Assembly: GCA_001823535.1 (NCBI GenBank)
Contig: MHUT01000006.1
Location: 27,631-91,630, forward strand
DNA: 64,000 nt
Direction: 5' to 3'
DNA from: Candidatus Yonathbacteria bacterium RIFCSPHIGHO2_02_FULL_44_14
Lineage (GTDB): Bacteria > Patescibacteriota > Minisyncoccia > Phycocordibacterales > UBA1550
Below are positions 50,989 to 61,445 of this stretch, piece after piece. Below the pieces are notes generated by a model that searched no databases, was not told where the DNA came from, and saw only the letters and a program-made list of their open reading frames with translations. The number at the start of each line of letters is the position of its first letter. Position 1 is the stretch's first letter. The position numbers and the translations under genes are program-made.

Positions 50989-51825
50989 TTACAAATTATT
51001 AAGAAAAAATTCCATAATCTTTTTCTGGTATGCATCATCAAACTGGCCATGAGAAAGATTTTCTTGAAACCAAAAGTTTGCGCGAGGATTATTTTTAAAT
51101 GCATCCTGAAGCAGGAGCGCATGTTTAAATGGAATCATCTCATCGTTTTTGGAGTGAATGATGAGAATTGGGATTTGAATATTTTTTGCCGCTTCCACGG
51201 GAGAAGCCTTGCTTATATCGATACCAAGAAACAATTTCGTCCAAAGCTCGGTGAGCCACGCGAGCGGATAATCGAGCAGCGATAGACGATAAAGCTCGCG
51301 TGCCATCAAATCTAATCTCGCATAGCTCGCCTCAGAAACAACAGCCTTAATCTCCGGTCTTTGTGAAGCAGCCATGAGTCCAACAGCCCCGCCCATAGAA
51401 AATCCCCATACGCCGACCTCATTAATACCGCGTGATTTCAGATATTCCATCGCGGAAGCAAAGTCTGCTGATTCTTTCGCGCCCGCTGTGGAATATGATC
51501 CCCCACTCTGTCCAAAGTGGCGGAAATCAAACAAGAAGAGATTATATTTCTCGTTCAAAAACACAAGCGCGGGCAAAATGTCCCCTTTGTCGGCAGGGTA
51601 TCCATGGAGAAGCACTATGGTTTTTGCATCCGTGCTTTTGTTTGGGATAAACCAGCCTGACAGAGCAAGTCCGTCTGCTGTTTTTAAAGCTACTTCTTCG
51701 TAATCAAGACCAAGCTCCTTTGGTGTGACCGTTGAAATTATTTTTGGCGGGCGAATCGACATATAAAAGCCCCACAATGAAGTAATCAGAAGAAATAGAA
51801 CTAGAGTGAAGAAGATAACTTTCAT
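50989..51825 (-). CDS. Membrane-anchored alpha/beta hydrolase
   Basis: LLHGY, DFRHFGQS, GFSMGG, D and H triad residues. Confidence 0.9.
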   Translation of the reverse strand: MKVIFFTLVLFLLITSLWGFYMSIRPPKIISTVTPKELGLDYEEVALKTADGLALSGWFIPNKSTDAKTIVLLHGYPADKGDILPALVFLNEKYNLFLFDFRHFGQSGGSYSTAGAKESADFASAMEYLKSRGINEVGVWGFSMGGAVGLMAASQRPEIKAVVSEASYARLDLMARELYRLSLLDYPLAWLTELWTKLFLGIDISKASPVEAAKNIQIPILIIHSKNDEMIPFKHALLLQDAFKNNPRANFWFQENLSHGQFDDAYQKKIMEFFLNNL

Positions 51826-54548
51826 TGCAGTGATTTTTGGCGGAACGTCGGTGTGCTCCGTGTACGATATGCAAATTTCCGTATTTCCTCAACAATAATG
51901 ATTGAAGAAGCGACTGCAAGAATCATCCCCCATTCCGCAAGTGATAGGGGAACAGTATGTAAAAGTTTTTGCCCAACGCTCGTATACAGTGCGCTTATCT
52001 GGAGCATGACTACTATCGCTGTCGCGCCAAGGAGAAATAAATTAGAAAAAGGATTCATTTGACATATAGACAAACGCTCAGACCGACAATTCCACACATT
52101 GAACCACTGAAATACCGCGAGGAGTGTAAGGGATATTGTCCATGCCTTTGCAGAATCTCCTGCCTCATATCCACTAAAGAGGTATAATGTGCCGACTGCC
52201 ATCACGCTCGCCATTATCACGATGCGTGTTATCATCAGCCGGTCAACAAGGCGACGCGATTCCTTCGTGCGCGGTTCAACCAAAAGACCTTTTTCTTTTG
52301 GTTCCATTGCAAGTGCTGTGTCCAAAAAACCATCAGTAACAAAGTTGAGCCAAATGATTTGTGCCGGCAAGATAGGGACCATGTAGCCCAGAATTATCGC
52401 ACCAGCGATTGTCAAAACCTCTCCCGCACTCGTGGAAAACAAATAGAGAATGACTTTCTTGATTGTTTTATAAATACTACGTCCTTCCTCGACTGCAGAA
52501 ATTATGCTTCCAATGTTGTCATCCAAAAGAATGATATCTGACGCTTCTTTTGCTACTTCTGTGCCGATGCGGCCCATCGCAACGCCAAGATCTGCCGCAG
52601 ACAAGGACGGCGCGTCATTTACACCGTCCCCAGTCATTGCTATGATATTTCCATTTTCTTTATATGCGCGAATAATGCGGAGTTTGTGTTCAGGTGTCAC
52701 ACGCGCGAAAACAGAAACATTTGAAATTGCGCGAGCGAGGTCTTTGTCGGACAGAAGCTCAATTTCTCCCCCGCTCATAATCTTGTCTCCTGCATTATAA
52801 ATACCCGCCTCCAGAGCAATCGCGTGCGCAGTAATGCGATGGTCCCCAGTAATCATCACAGTACGGATTCCCGCATCACGTGCGTATAAAACGGTACTCG
52901 CAACTTCAGTGCGCAGTGCATCACGCATCGCAAGGAACCCGACAAATGTCGCACGTGGCGGGTTCCCCGCACTCGGTAAGTTCTCGCTTCCGGCAGACAT
53001 AGCAAGCGCGATGACACGAAGTCCTTCCTTTGAAAGCGACGTGAGCACAGATTCTATAAATTCTCGACTTTTCGTATCAAGTGGCACGCTCGCGCCATTT
53101 CTCCATATCGTATCGCAAAAATCAAGAATAATTTCAGGAGCGCCAGACAGCGACAAGACATTCGTGTCCCCGACCTTATGCAACACCGCGTGATATTTAA
53201 GCGTATAATCAAACGGCATTTCTGAAACAAGCGGCGACTCTTGCTCGAGAATATTTTTGTGAAATCCAAGCTTCTGCGATAAAACAAGCATCGCCGCTTC
53301 AGTGGGATCACCCGAGAGGTTCCACTGATTGTGTTCCTCGTTCCATACCACGTGTGCATTTGCAGAAAGAGCGGAAATTTTTCCGATGAGCAAAAGTTCC
53401 TGGTGGTTCGCTATGTCCACCATATCGCCCGCAATATGCACATCGCCGCGCGGATCGTATCCGATACCGCCTATTTCAAAAAACCTGCCATCCGTGTAAA
53501 CTTTTTGAACTACCATCTCGTTTTTTGTAAGTGTGCCCGTCTTGTCGACCGCAAGAATATCCACCTGCCCAAGTGCCTCCACCGCATGCATTTTTTTCAC
53601 GAGCGCATTTTGTTTGCCCATTCGCCACACACCTGTTGCCAAAACAAGCGTCAGCACAATCGGAAGCCCTTCTGGAACAATTGAGACCAAGAGAGATACA
53701 ACGGTAAGGAACATTTCTCCGGATTCCTTCCCCATAATGATACCGAGGGCAAAAAGCAAAAGGGAAATACCCGCTGCAACAAAAATAATCAAGTGCGCGA
53801 GTTTCTCAATGTTTGCTTTGAGTGGTACATCGCTGCCAATTGCGACAATCTCTCTCGCGATGAGACCTATCTCTGTATCGAGACCAGTTCCAATGACAAT
53901 AGCTCTTCCTGTGCCAGTCGCAATATGAGTACCCTTAAAAAGTATATTGCGTCTATCAGCGACGGGAAGTGTTTCCTCAGATATCGTATCTGTTATCTTG
54001 CGCACCGTGGTCGACTCCCCAGTAAGCGCCGCTTCGTCTACGCGCAAGTGTAGAACTGAAATAAGTCTCGCATCTGCCGGTACCCGCTCACCTTCTTGCA
54101 CGATTATTATGTCTCCGGGAACGATTTCCTCATCAGAAACGATTACTTCTTTTCCATCGCGTAAAACGGTGGCGTTGGTTTCGACAAATTTTCGAAGACT
54201 CGCCAGTGTGTTTTGTGCGCGTCCTTCTTGTATTGTTCCAACAATTGCATTGAATACAAGAACAGCAAGAATAATAAAAGTGTCTGAAGTTTCTCCAACC
54301 AAAAGTACCGCTCCTGCCGCCGCGAAAAGAATATAAATGAGAGGGCTTTGAAACTGTCGCAAAAAAACAAATATTAAATTGTCTGATTTTGCCTCAGGAA
54401 GTTTGTTCCCACCATATTTTTGAAGGCGGAGTAATGCCTCAGAGGTGCTTAATCCACTTACGTCCGTTCCAAGCAGATTAAAAACATCCTCAACCGACTG
54501 CGTGTGCCACACTGGTCGCTCATCATTGTTCCCGTTCATTACTTTCAT
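51822..54548 (-). CDS. P-type cation (Ca2+-type) ATPase
   Basis: TGES, PEGL, DKTGT, TGD, GDGVND, NFVTDG. Confidence 0.94.
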   Translation of the reverse strand: MKVMNGNNDERPVWHTQSVEDVFNLLGTDVSGLSTSEALLRLQKYGGNKLPEAKSDNLIFVFLRQFQSPLIYILFAAAGAVLLVGETSDTFIILAVLVFNAIVGTIQEGRAQNTLASLRKFVETNATVLRDGKEVIVSDEEIVPGDIIIVQEGERVPADARLISVLHLRVDEAALTGESTTVRKITDTISEETLPVADRRNILFKGTHIATGTGRAIVIGTGLDTEIGLIAREIVAIGSDVPLKANIEKLAHLIIFVAAGISLLLFALGIIMGKESGEMFLTVVSLLVSIVPEGLPIVLTLVLATGVWRMGKQNALVKKMHAVEALGQVDILAVDKTGTLTKNEMVVQKVYTDGRFFEIGGIGYDPRGDVHIAGDMVDIANHQELLLIGKISALSANAHVVWNEEHNQWNLSGDPTEAAMLVLSQKLGFHKNILEQESPLVSEMPFDYTLKYHAVLHKVGDTNVLSLSGAPEIILDFCDTIWRNGASVPLDTKSREFIESVLTSLSKEGLRVIALAMSAGSENLPSAGNPPRATFVGFLAMRDALRTEVASTVLYARDAGIRTVMITGDHRITAHAIALEAGIYNAGDKIMSGGEIELLSDKDLARAISNVSVFARVTPEHKLRIIRAYKENGNIIAMTGDGVNDAPSLSAADLGVAMGRIGTEVAKEASDIILLDDNIGSIISAVEEGRSIYKTIKKVILYLFSTSAGEVLTIAGAIILGYMVPILPAQIIWLNFVTDGFLDTALAMEPKEKGLLVEPRTKESRRLVDRLMITRIVIMASVMAVGTLYLFSGYEAGDSAKAWTISLTLLAVFQWFNVWNCRSERLSICQMNPFSNLFLLGATAIVVMLQISALYTSVGQKLLHTVPLSLAEWGMILAVASSIIIVEEIRKFAYRTRSTPTFRQKSLQ

Positions 54549-54563
54549 TGTATCAAATTATAC

Positions 54564-55016
54564 TTAAGAAGTTTTCAAAATATTTGTAACGTAATCAATA
54601 ACCGCTTCACCGTGTCTTTCAGGTTCTACGTTTTCCCAAACATGCACTACCGTGCCCTCTTCATCTACTAAAAATGTTGTTCGTGCGACGCCGGTGATTG
54701 ACCAAACTCCAAGAGCATTTAAAAGTTCGTGCTTTGTATCTGCCCAAAGTGGGAACTGAAGCTCATGATGTTGAGCAAATTTTTTGTGCGACTCTTCATC
54801 ATCAGGGCTAATACCCACTACTGCGACCCCAAGCGCTTTAAACTCTCCGTACACATCCCGAATACTGCATGCTTCTTTTACGCACCCTGGAGTCTCGTCC
54901 ATTGGATATGCGTATAAGACTGCATAAGAACCGAGAAAGTCGCGTAACGAAACAGATAAACCATTCTGGTCCAAAACTTTAATATCGAGTGGCGCCTTTC
55001 CTCCTGTTTTTATCAT
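54564..55016 (-). CDS. bcp: Peroxiredoxin BCP/PrxQ
   Basis: YP.DETPGCVKEAC, RTTF. Confidence 0.9.
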   Translation of the reverse strand: MIKTGGKAPLDIKVLDQNGLSVSLRDFLGSYAVLYAYPMDETPGCVKEACSIRDVYGEFKALGVAVVGISPDDEESHKKFAQHHELQFPLWADTKHELLNALGVWSITGVARTTFLVDEEGTVVHVWENVEPERHGEAVIDYVTNILKTS

Positions 55017-55052
55017 TATCTAAGTATACCACTACAATAAGTATCGCAATGC

Positions 55053-55313
55053 CTATTTTGAATTTTCCTGTGTATTAATGAAATTCAGCTTTTCTTCGCG
55101 TGACCACCTCTTGAATTCTGCTTCACGGGCACGAGCAGTCGCAAAGTCAGGCACCTCTTCTGAGTATTTCAAAACAACCGGGCGTCGGATTTTGGTGTAA
55201 TGTGCGCCACTTTTTAGATTATTGTGCTCGTACAACCTTTTCCCAAGATTGTTTGTACTACCGACATAAAGCGTCCCATCTGCGCATTCTAAAATATACA
55301 CAAAATAAGACAT
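55053..55313 (-). CDS. GIY-YIG nuclease (YhbQ/UPF0213-like)
   Basis: VYILEC.DGTLYVG.T, GAHYT..RRPV, RE..FK. Confidence 0.9.
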   Translation of the reverse strand: MSYFVYILECADGTLYVGSTNNLGKRLYEHNNLKSGAHYTKIRRPVVLKYSEEVPDFATARAREAEFKRWSREEKLNFINTQENSK

Positions 55314-55325
55314 GAAAACATAATT

Positions 55326-55736
55326 TTACCTCAACCCGTGCTCACGGAAGCATTCGACGTACTTTCGATCTAGTCCTAAAATATGCCCTGTCCACCATTC
55401 TCCCAAAAAATCCATCAATTCAAAAGGCAAAGCAACTTCGTTGTTGAGATAGTCATTTTTAAATTTAACAATCATCTTCCGAGCTTCATCATGGGACTTT
55501 ATGTGTTCTGCTCTATCTTTATAGTCAAACTGTTCAAAATATTTCTCTTCTGTCGCAAAATGATAGTCCGCCCACTCGCTAAGTTCCTCAAGGATTGTTT
55601 TCAAGTCTTCATTTTCGGTCGATGCTTGCATTGCATGATAAAGTTTATTGATGATCCCAGCCATCTTTTGATGTTGTGCATCAATTTCTGCAATATCGAG
55701 GCGATATACATCGCTCCACATGAGTAAATCTTTCAT
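55326..55736 (-). CDS. Bacteriohemerythrin
   Basis: IDAQH, HFATEE, EHIKSH, HILGLD. Confidence 0.92.
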   Translation of the reverse strand: MKDLLMWSDVYRLDIAEIDAQHQKMAGIINKLYHAMQASTENEDLKTILEELSEWADYHFATEEKYFEQFDYKDRAEHIKSHDEARKMIVKFKNDYLNNEVALPFELMDFLGEWWTGHILGLDRKYVECFREHGLR

Positions 55737-55831
55737 GATAAATATCCATTAATCAATTAGTACGTTTATTATATCATTTTTTAAAAAAATTCACGGTCAA
55801 CTCTGGCTCACCAAGGACTACCCTTGGTAAT

Positions 55832-57331
55832 TTATAGCATTCTGTACAGCTTGTCCCATATTGCGTACATCGCGTAGGTGTCTTGCCCGCAATAAATTTT
55901 TAGATGTTTTGAGATATGCTCGCTAGTTTCTAGTGGAGTTTTTTTGTCGGTCATCTCCCACCAGGAATTTGATGCTTGCCCACCCTCTTTGATAACGAGG
56001 CTGTCGTACGACAAATCAACAAGCGCAGGTAGAACTTTTTTAATTGAGGTGCTTCCTTTAAATTTTGGATGCACAAAATGCTGTTTCTTGAAAACATCCA
56101 TTAGGTCGTAGAGCATATTATTTATACGCTCCATCGTGGCTTTGTGCTCTGGCAAGCGCTCACCGAGCTCGCGGTTTACTCCAGCCTCAAAGGATTTATT
56201 CCACGCAATCACTGTCCCCTTCGGTCCAATATTTTTTTCGAGAAGCTTTGCCACAGCATCCGAAGGGTCACTCCGCTTTTCATGAAGATACTCAATGTGA
56301 GACATTTTGTCACCTGGTTTTTCAAGAATGTGAAGTGAAAACTGAAATGGGATCCTTTGGTATGGGCGAAAACCATCAAACGCTGGTATCGCAGGAGCGT
56401 ATGTTTCGTAGTCAAAAAAGTAAAGCGGGAACACAAGGTCTTTTATTTCTTCACTAATTCCCACCATATCAATCATTGGTTTCTGTCTGCGATGCACGGT
56501 AATTTGGTTTACCTGAACATCAGAAAGCTCCATACCCTCGGGGATGTCCAGCATGTTGAAAATTTTTCCATCCACAAGTGTTGCAAGTTTCTTTTTGCTC
56601 GTTCCAATGCGTGAAATATCATGAACCGAGTAGCTCGGAACTTCAGGGTTTGAATATGCAAATGTCGTGCAGTGACGGCTTCGCCCATTATAAATACATT
56701 CACATCCACCAGATGGCTCTTTTTTGTTATTTAAATATTCCTTAGCAGTTTTCATCTGTTCCTCCACAAGCGCGAGACCTGCGGTAACTGCTTCTGTCTG
56801 GTCCTCAATCAAAAATAGCTCTTCTGTATTAAGCGCGCCAAAACGAACATAATCTTTGTTTAGATGCACAAGGAAATATTTTCCCATAGGCACATCCGCG
56901 CGAGAAAGCACCGACTCCTGAAACGTGAGGTCATCAATATGGTTGTGGTCAGTCCCGCCCTCCTTGAGCGAGTTTGTGCCCTTTATTTCATACAAGTCCC
57001 AACAGCTTTCTTTTTCATTCCAAACAAGCGCGTCATTTCGCGCAATGAAACCATCCTCAATAAATGTTGCTTGAAAAATACACGGGGTACGTTCCTCCAT
57101 TAGCTCACGTGTTTTTTCTACGGCCTCCTCACCCCTTTCCAAAACCTCCACCCCTCCAGCAAATATGGAGAGCTTGTGAGCCTCGGCTTCCACCTCGTTT
57201 CCTTGCTCCATCAAGTTCTGCTCAAAAGCTGAAAGCTCAAACTTCTCCAAGAGTTCAGGCTTGTGGAGCTTAAGCCAAGTATTCTTCGGACAGAAAACAT
57301 AATCAAGAAAAATTGTTTTGGAGATGATCAT
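55832..57331 (-). CDS. DUF2779-domain protein (PD-(D/E)xK plus RNase H-like)
   Basis: FQATF..D..EIKG, FDYET, PYQRIPFQFS, NKSFE, SIKKVLP, YCGQD. Confidence 0.8.
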   Translation of the reverse strand: MIISKTIFLDYVFCPKNTWLKLHKPELLEKFELSAFEQNLMEQGNEVEAEAHKLSIFAGGVEVLERGEEAVEKTRELMEERTPCIFQATFIEDGFIARNDALVWNEKESCWDLYEIKGTNSLKEGGTDHNHIDDLTFQESVLSRADVPMGKYFLVHLNKDYVRFGALNTEELFLIEDQTEAVTAGLALVEEQMKTAKEYLNNKKEPSGGCECIYNGRSRHCTTFAYSNPEVPSYSVHDISRIGTSKKKLATLVDGKIFNMLDIPEGMELSDVQVNQITVHRRQKPMIDMVGISEEIKDLVFPLYFFDYETYAPAIPAFDGFRPYQRIPFQFSLHILEKPGDKMSHIEYLHEKRSDPSDAVAKLLEKNIGPKGTVIAWNKSFEAGVNRELGERLPEHKATMERINNMLYDLMDVFKKQHFVHPKFKGSTSIKKVLPALVDLSYDSLVIKEGGQASNSWWEMTDKKTPLETSEHISKHLKIYCGQDTYAMYAIWDKLYRML

Positions 57332-57348
57332 TACTGACTATTCTACCA

Positions 57349-57385
57349 TAAACTTAAAAACACCAGCATGGTGTTTTTAAGTTTA
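57349..57385. repeat. 17-bp perfect inverted repeat (probable terminator)
   Basis: TAAACTTAAAAACACCA-GCA-TGGTGTTTTTAAGTTTA. Confidence 0.7.
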
Positions 57386-57589
57386 GTCGGAGTTTCTTGG
57401 CAACCAATCCATGAGTTTTTTGCGATGTTGGTCGAGGGACCAGAGTTCACCGTGCGTAAAAAGCGCCGTATGCGCATCCCTAAACTTTTGAAGAAGGGTC
57501 GCAGTAGCACGAGGCCAACCAGTAGGCATGTTTTTGTTGTAGGATTCCAAAAACTCAGAAACAGGAATCAAAACAGGCGTTTCCTTCAT
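57383..57589 (-). CDS. Hypothetical protein
   Basis: FLESYN..P...P.AT..LL..F....LF....WS.D.HRKKLMDWL looks like a compact conserved small domain. Confidence 0.65.
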   Translation of the reverse strand: MKETPVLIPVSEFLESYNKNMPTGWPRATATLLQKFRDAHTALFTHGELWSLDQHRKKLMDWLPRNSD

Positions 57590-57663
57590 ATTTTTCTTTT
57601 GACCAAGCATAATATGCATGATAACACAAAAAACACAGAAAAACAAGGTTCTAGAATACACTA

Positions 57664-58467
57664 TTAAACTAAATTTCGTAAAAGACTAACGATAGTAAGG
57701 GGACCGACGCCACCGGGAACAGGGGTCATAAATGAAGCCACATCCCCACATGCGGGGTCCACATCGCCAACGAGCTTGCCTGACTGCTCACTCGTACCCG
57801 CATCGATGATCACGACACCTTTCTTTATCATGTCTGGCTTAATGCTATGCGGAACACCCATTCCTGAGATAATAATATCTGCATCTTTAAGGAGTGCGAG
57901 TTTTTCTTTTTTGCTTGTCTTTATGTCGATCACACGGTGAGGCACTTTCATTCGATTGAACATTAGGTGCACAGGCTCTCCAACGAGGCGCCCCTGCCCT
58001 GCTACAACGATTTTTTTACCATTAAGCGAAACGTTGCACGACTCGAGTATTTCATGCACCGCTTGCGCAACGGGCGGAGTTCTGTCTATTTTCCCTTTAG
58101 CATAGCTTTCTTTTGCTACAGTACCCAGCACATCAATATCTTTGAGTGGTGGCACCACGTCGAGAATTTTCTCATTGTCGAGCCCCCCGCTGAGCGGAAG
58201 CTGAACAACAATGCCATCGTAATCGTTTTCACTAAGCATCTGCACTGCTTTAATTGCCTCAGCAGTTGTTTCAATATTTGAAAATTTCTTCACCTCAACA
58301 GAAATACCCACACGCTCCGCCACTCGTGTCTTTATCTTCACAAATTGTTCCATTGCTGCATCCACGCCAAATATCACGAAACAAACTCTTTTCGGCGTCG
58401 AAAAGAGAAGCTCAGTCACAAGCTTCTCTTCAAGCGTTTTTGCGATTTTGTTTCCGTCGACAAGCAT
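57664..58467 (-). CDS. folD: Methylenetetrahydrofolate dehydrogenase/cyclohydrolase
   Basis: GIVVQLPL, KDID, IDAG, GDV, TPVPGGVGPLT. Confidence 0.92.
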   Translation of the reverse strand: MLVDGNKIAKTLEEKLVTELLFSTPKRVCFVIFGVDAAMEQFVKIKTRVAERVGISVEVKKFSNIETTAEAIKAVQMLSENDYDGIVVQLPLSGGLDNEKILDVVPPLKDIDVLGTVAKESYAKGKIDRTPPVAQAVHEILESCNVSLNGKKIVVAGQGRLVGEPVHLMFNRMKVPHRVIDIKTSKKEKLALLKDADIIISGMGVPHSIKPDMIKKGVVIIDAGTSEQSGKLVGDVDPACGDVASFMTPVPGGVGPLTIVSLLRNLV

Positions 58468-58476
58468 ATGTACAAA

Positions 58477-58863
58477 TTATTCTGTTGTTACACCGTCAAA
58501 ATGTTCTTCTTTTTCATCCGCCTTGGTTTTATGTACCGTGCCGTCCTTATGCTCTGCTGGTGAATAAATGCTGTAAAGTTTTAAATGTGTACTTCCTGTG
58601 TTTAGTACATTGTGGCGAGTCCCCTGTGGAATAACGACGGCGCTACCATCAGATACCGCATGCTCCACACCATCAAGAATAACTTTTCCTTCGCCCGCCT
58701 CAAAACGGAGGAATTGATCCAGGTGATGCGTTTCCTCGCCGATCTCCTCACCCACGGCAAGATTCATAAGCACAAGCTGACTGTTTTTCCCCGTATAGAG
58801 CACTCGCCGATAATCCTCATTCTCCAAAGTCGCTTCTTCAATGTTTGTAATGTATCCTTTCAT
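58477..58863 (-). CDS. Cupin domain protein
   Basis: QLVLM, IGEETH, DQF, HNV.N, KLYSIYSP.EH. Confidence 0.9.
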   Translation of the reverse strand: MKGYITNIEEATLENEDYRRVLYTGKNSQLVLMNLAVGEEIGEETHHLDQFLRFEAGEGKVILDGVEHAVSDGSAVVIPQGTRHNVLNTGSTHLKLYSIYSPAEHKDGTVHKTKADEKEEHFDGVTTE

Positions 58864-58945
58864 AGGGGAATAATAGCACACATTTTTTAGGAGCGTGAGT
58901 TCGCAGAAAGGCACAAATACAAAATTAAATGGTAAGATAATACCG

Positions 58946-59518
58946 ATGATATATCATTTTATTTCTAATAATATTTACAGCGCGCTATTCATAGGGCTCC
59001 TTTTTGGAGGAGAGACGGCTCTCCTTCCCGCAATATATTTTGGTATATCCGGGGTAATCAATCTTGAAGCAGTTATTGGAATATCGATTATAGCAACTGC
59101 GATTTCGGACACGTTTTGGTACTATCTGGGACGAACCATGTCCGCGGAAAAAATATCATCCTTTAAAATCCTTAAAAAATATGTTGCCAAAATAGCAATT
59201 CTTTCAAATTCTTTCAAAAGTAACGGCCTTACGCTCCTTTTTTTCTCAAAATTTGTTTATGGCACACGAACTGCCGCACAAATACTTTGCGGAGTACATT
59301 CCATCAATTTTGTTAAATATTTTTTTATAAATATTTCTGGTATTTTGGCACTCAACATTTTTTTTCTCACGCTAGGCATGATGGTCGAAAAAAGTTTTGC
59401 GCAATTTGTAGAATCTCCGACACGCCTCTGGCTCGCGCTACTCCCCGTCCCCGTCTGTGCGGTGGTGCTTCAGACTTTATTTAAGAAATTAATATGGAAA
59501 AAATTATTTCAGTTATAA
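58946..59518 (+). CDS. DedA/VTT family membrane protein
   Basis: GET, SDTFWYYLGR, SKFVYGTR. Confidence 0.8.
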   Translation: MIYHFISNNIYSALFIGLLFGGETALLPAIYFGISGVINLEAVIGISIIATAISDTFWYYLGRTMSAEKISSFKILKKYVAKIAILSNSFKSNGLTLLFFSKFVYGTRTAAQILCGVHSINFVKYFFINISGILALNIFFLTLGMMVEKSFAQFVESPTRLWLALLPVPVCAVVLQTLFKKLIWKKLFQL

Positions 59519-60201
59519 TACCGGCATATAACGAATCTGCTGGGATCAGGCGGGTGATCAAAATAATAAGATCGTCTCCCATTGTTCGTGAAATAATCGT
59601 GGTAGATGACGGCTCATCAGATAATACATCAGCTATCGCGATTCGCTCGGGTGCGCAAGTAATCACGCTTCCACGAAATAGAGGTAAAGGACAGGCAATG
59701 CAAGCCGGTGTCAATGAAGCAAAAAATGATGTGATTCTTTTTTGTGATGGAGATATGTACGGATTTTCTGAGACAAGCATCAAAAACATGGTGTCCCCAA
59801 TAATTGAAGGAAAAGAAGACATGGTAATAGGTATTCGTCCGGTAATTTCCTCCATTCAACGTATTTTCCCTTTTCTTGTACCGATAAGCGGTTTTCGAGC
59901 TATTAAAAAAAGTCTGTGGTCAGAGATTCCCTCAAAATTTATTTCTGGCTATCAAGTAGAGCTAGCTATTAATTTTGTAGCAAGAAGAAATGGCTGGCGC
60001 GTTCTACATTTTGACGTACCAGGGCTCAAGCATTCTATCAAAGAGGCGAAGTTGGGGATATTCTCTGGACTTGTGGCACGCGCCACAATGAGTTTTGATG
60101 CCCTGTTGTTCTTTCTTGATTTGTATTTACTGAAGCGCGCGGAATCAAACGCAGCACTAAAAAAAGCCAAGGCGTACGAGCGAGTGCGCTTACAGAAATA
60201 A
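59494..60201 (+). CDS. GT2 glycosyltransferase
   Basis: IIPAYNE, VDDGSSD, N.GKG, DGD, SGFRA. Confidence 0.9.
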   Translation: MEKIISVIIPAYNESAGIRRVIKIIRSSPIVREIIVVDDGSSDNTSAIAIRSGAQVITLPRNRGKGQAMQAGVNEAKNDVILFCDGDMYGFSETSIKNMVSPIIEGKEDMVIGIRPVISSIQRIFPFLVPISGFRAIKKSLWSEIPSKFISGYQVELAINFVARRNGWRVLHFDVPGLKHSIKEAKLGIFSGLVARATMSFDALLFFLDLYLLKRAESNAALKKAKAYERVRLQK

Positions 60202-61437
60202 TAAATCGCGGTCCAAATCATCAGAATCGGTTCCCCGTGCTTTTTGTGTGATCGCTTTATGAGTTGAACCAAGATAGATTACCCGTTTGCCAAACTTATC
60301 CTCAAGGCAATCAATTTGTTTATGTATTAAACCAAATTTATCGCTTTTAATAGTGCCTCCAAACAAATCTTTTTGTGATATAAAATTTAGCGTAAGATCC
60401 TGCAAGATTGTACCCGTGGTGCGATAGAGAGTGCCTCTCGCGTAAATTTTTTCAAAGTGCAGATGAACGAGAGAAAGTAAAATTTCTGGCGAATTTGAAG
60501 GAACGGGGAGCGTTACTGTAATTGTTATTATTTTGAAATTCTGAGTTTTAAGAAAAATGGAAATCTTCTTTGGCACCAGTCCATAGTACCGTGCCTTTCT
60601 GCAAGCATCCTCTATATGTTTTGAAAACTGTGACCACAAAAAAGTTTTATCATTTGTCGAAGGAGTAAATGTTTTTGTTTTTTGAATCGATGAATAAGCT
60701 GTTTTTGCCTCTGTATCTACTTCCATAACTAAGATCCCGTTGAGCTCCTGCCAAATTGTTTCATATGGCTTCGAAAGGTTCTGTCTGATCCATGAAATAT
60801 CTTTACTGCTAAAATCCAAGGCAGTGTGCACCCCCTTCTTTGTTAATAATTCCGAAGTTTTTGGACCGATACCCCAAATTTTCTCGACAGATTTTTTTGC
60901 AAGAAAGTCCGGCGCTGTATCGCAATCAATTATAGTGAGACCGTTTGGCTTAACCCAGTTTGATGCAACTTTTGCGAGAACTTTCGTCGGCGCGAGGCCT
61001 ATCGATACCGACAGCCCGAGTTCTTCATTTATTTCTGATTTAATTTTTTGAGCAATCTCCCAATAAGTCAGCTTGAGTGTGCGGTCGAGACCAGTGAAAT
61101 CGGCAAAGCATTCATCTATGCTGTATTCTTCTACGCCATAGGCGTACCTGCGTACGATATCGAACATCTGGCTTGAGTATTCGGCATAGGCACGATAGTC
61201 TCCTGGGAGAATTACTACGCATGGAAAATCTCTCTTGATCTTGAATATAGGCATCCCGCGAACAACCCCAAGTGCTTTTGCTTCGTATGACAATGCAGAC
61301 ACAATCCCCCGTTCCTCGCCAGTTACCACAGGAAGACCTTTTAACGATGGATTTTTTGCAATCTCTACACCCACAAAAAAAGCATCTCCGTCGATATGAA
61401 AAATTATCTTAGATTTTGGGATAGGAAGGTCGCTCAT
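60190..61437 (-). CDS. dinB: Y-family DNA polymerase IV (DinB/UmuC-like)
   Basis: HIDGDAFF, SYEAK, YSIDE, KVLAK, KPNG, WGIG. Confidence 0.9.
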   Translation of the reverse strand: MSDLPIPKSKIIFHIDGDAFFVGVEIAKNPSLKGLPVVTGEERGIVSALSYEAKALGVVRGMPIFKIKRDFPCVVILPGDYRAYAEYSSQMFDIVRRYAYGVEEYSIDECFADFTGLDRTLKLTYWEIAQKIKSEINEELGLSVSIGLAPTKVLAKVASNWVKPNGLTIIDCDTAPDFLAKKSVEKIWGIGPKTSELLTKKGVHTALDFSSKDISWIRQNLSKPYETIWQELNGILVMEVDTEAKTAYSSIQKTKTFTPSTNDKTFLWSQFSKHIEDACRKARYYGLVPKKISIFLKTQNFKIITITVTLPVPSNSPEILLSLVHLHFEKIYARGTLYRTTGTILQDLTLNFISQKDLFGGTIKSDKFGLIHKQIDCLEDKFGKRVIYLGSTHKAITQKARGTDSDDLDRDLLFL

Positions 61438-61445
61438 CCACCACA

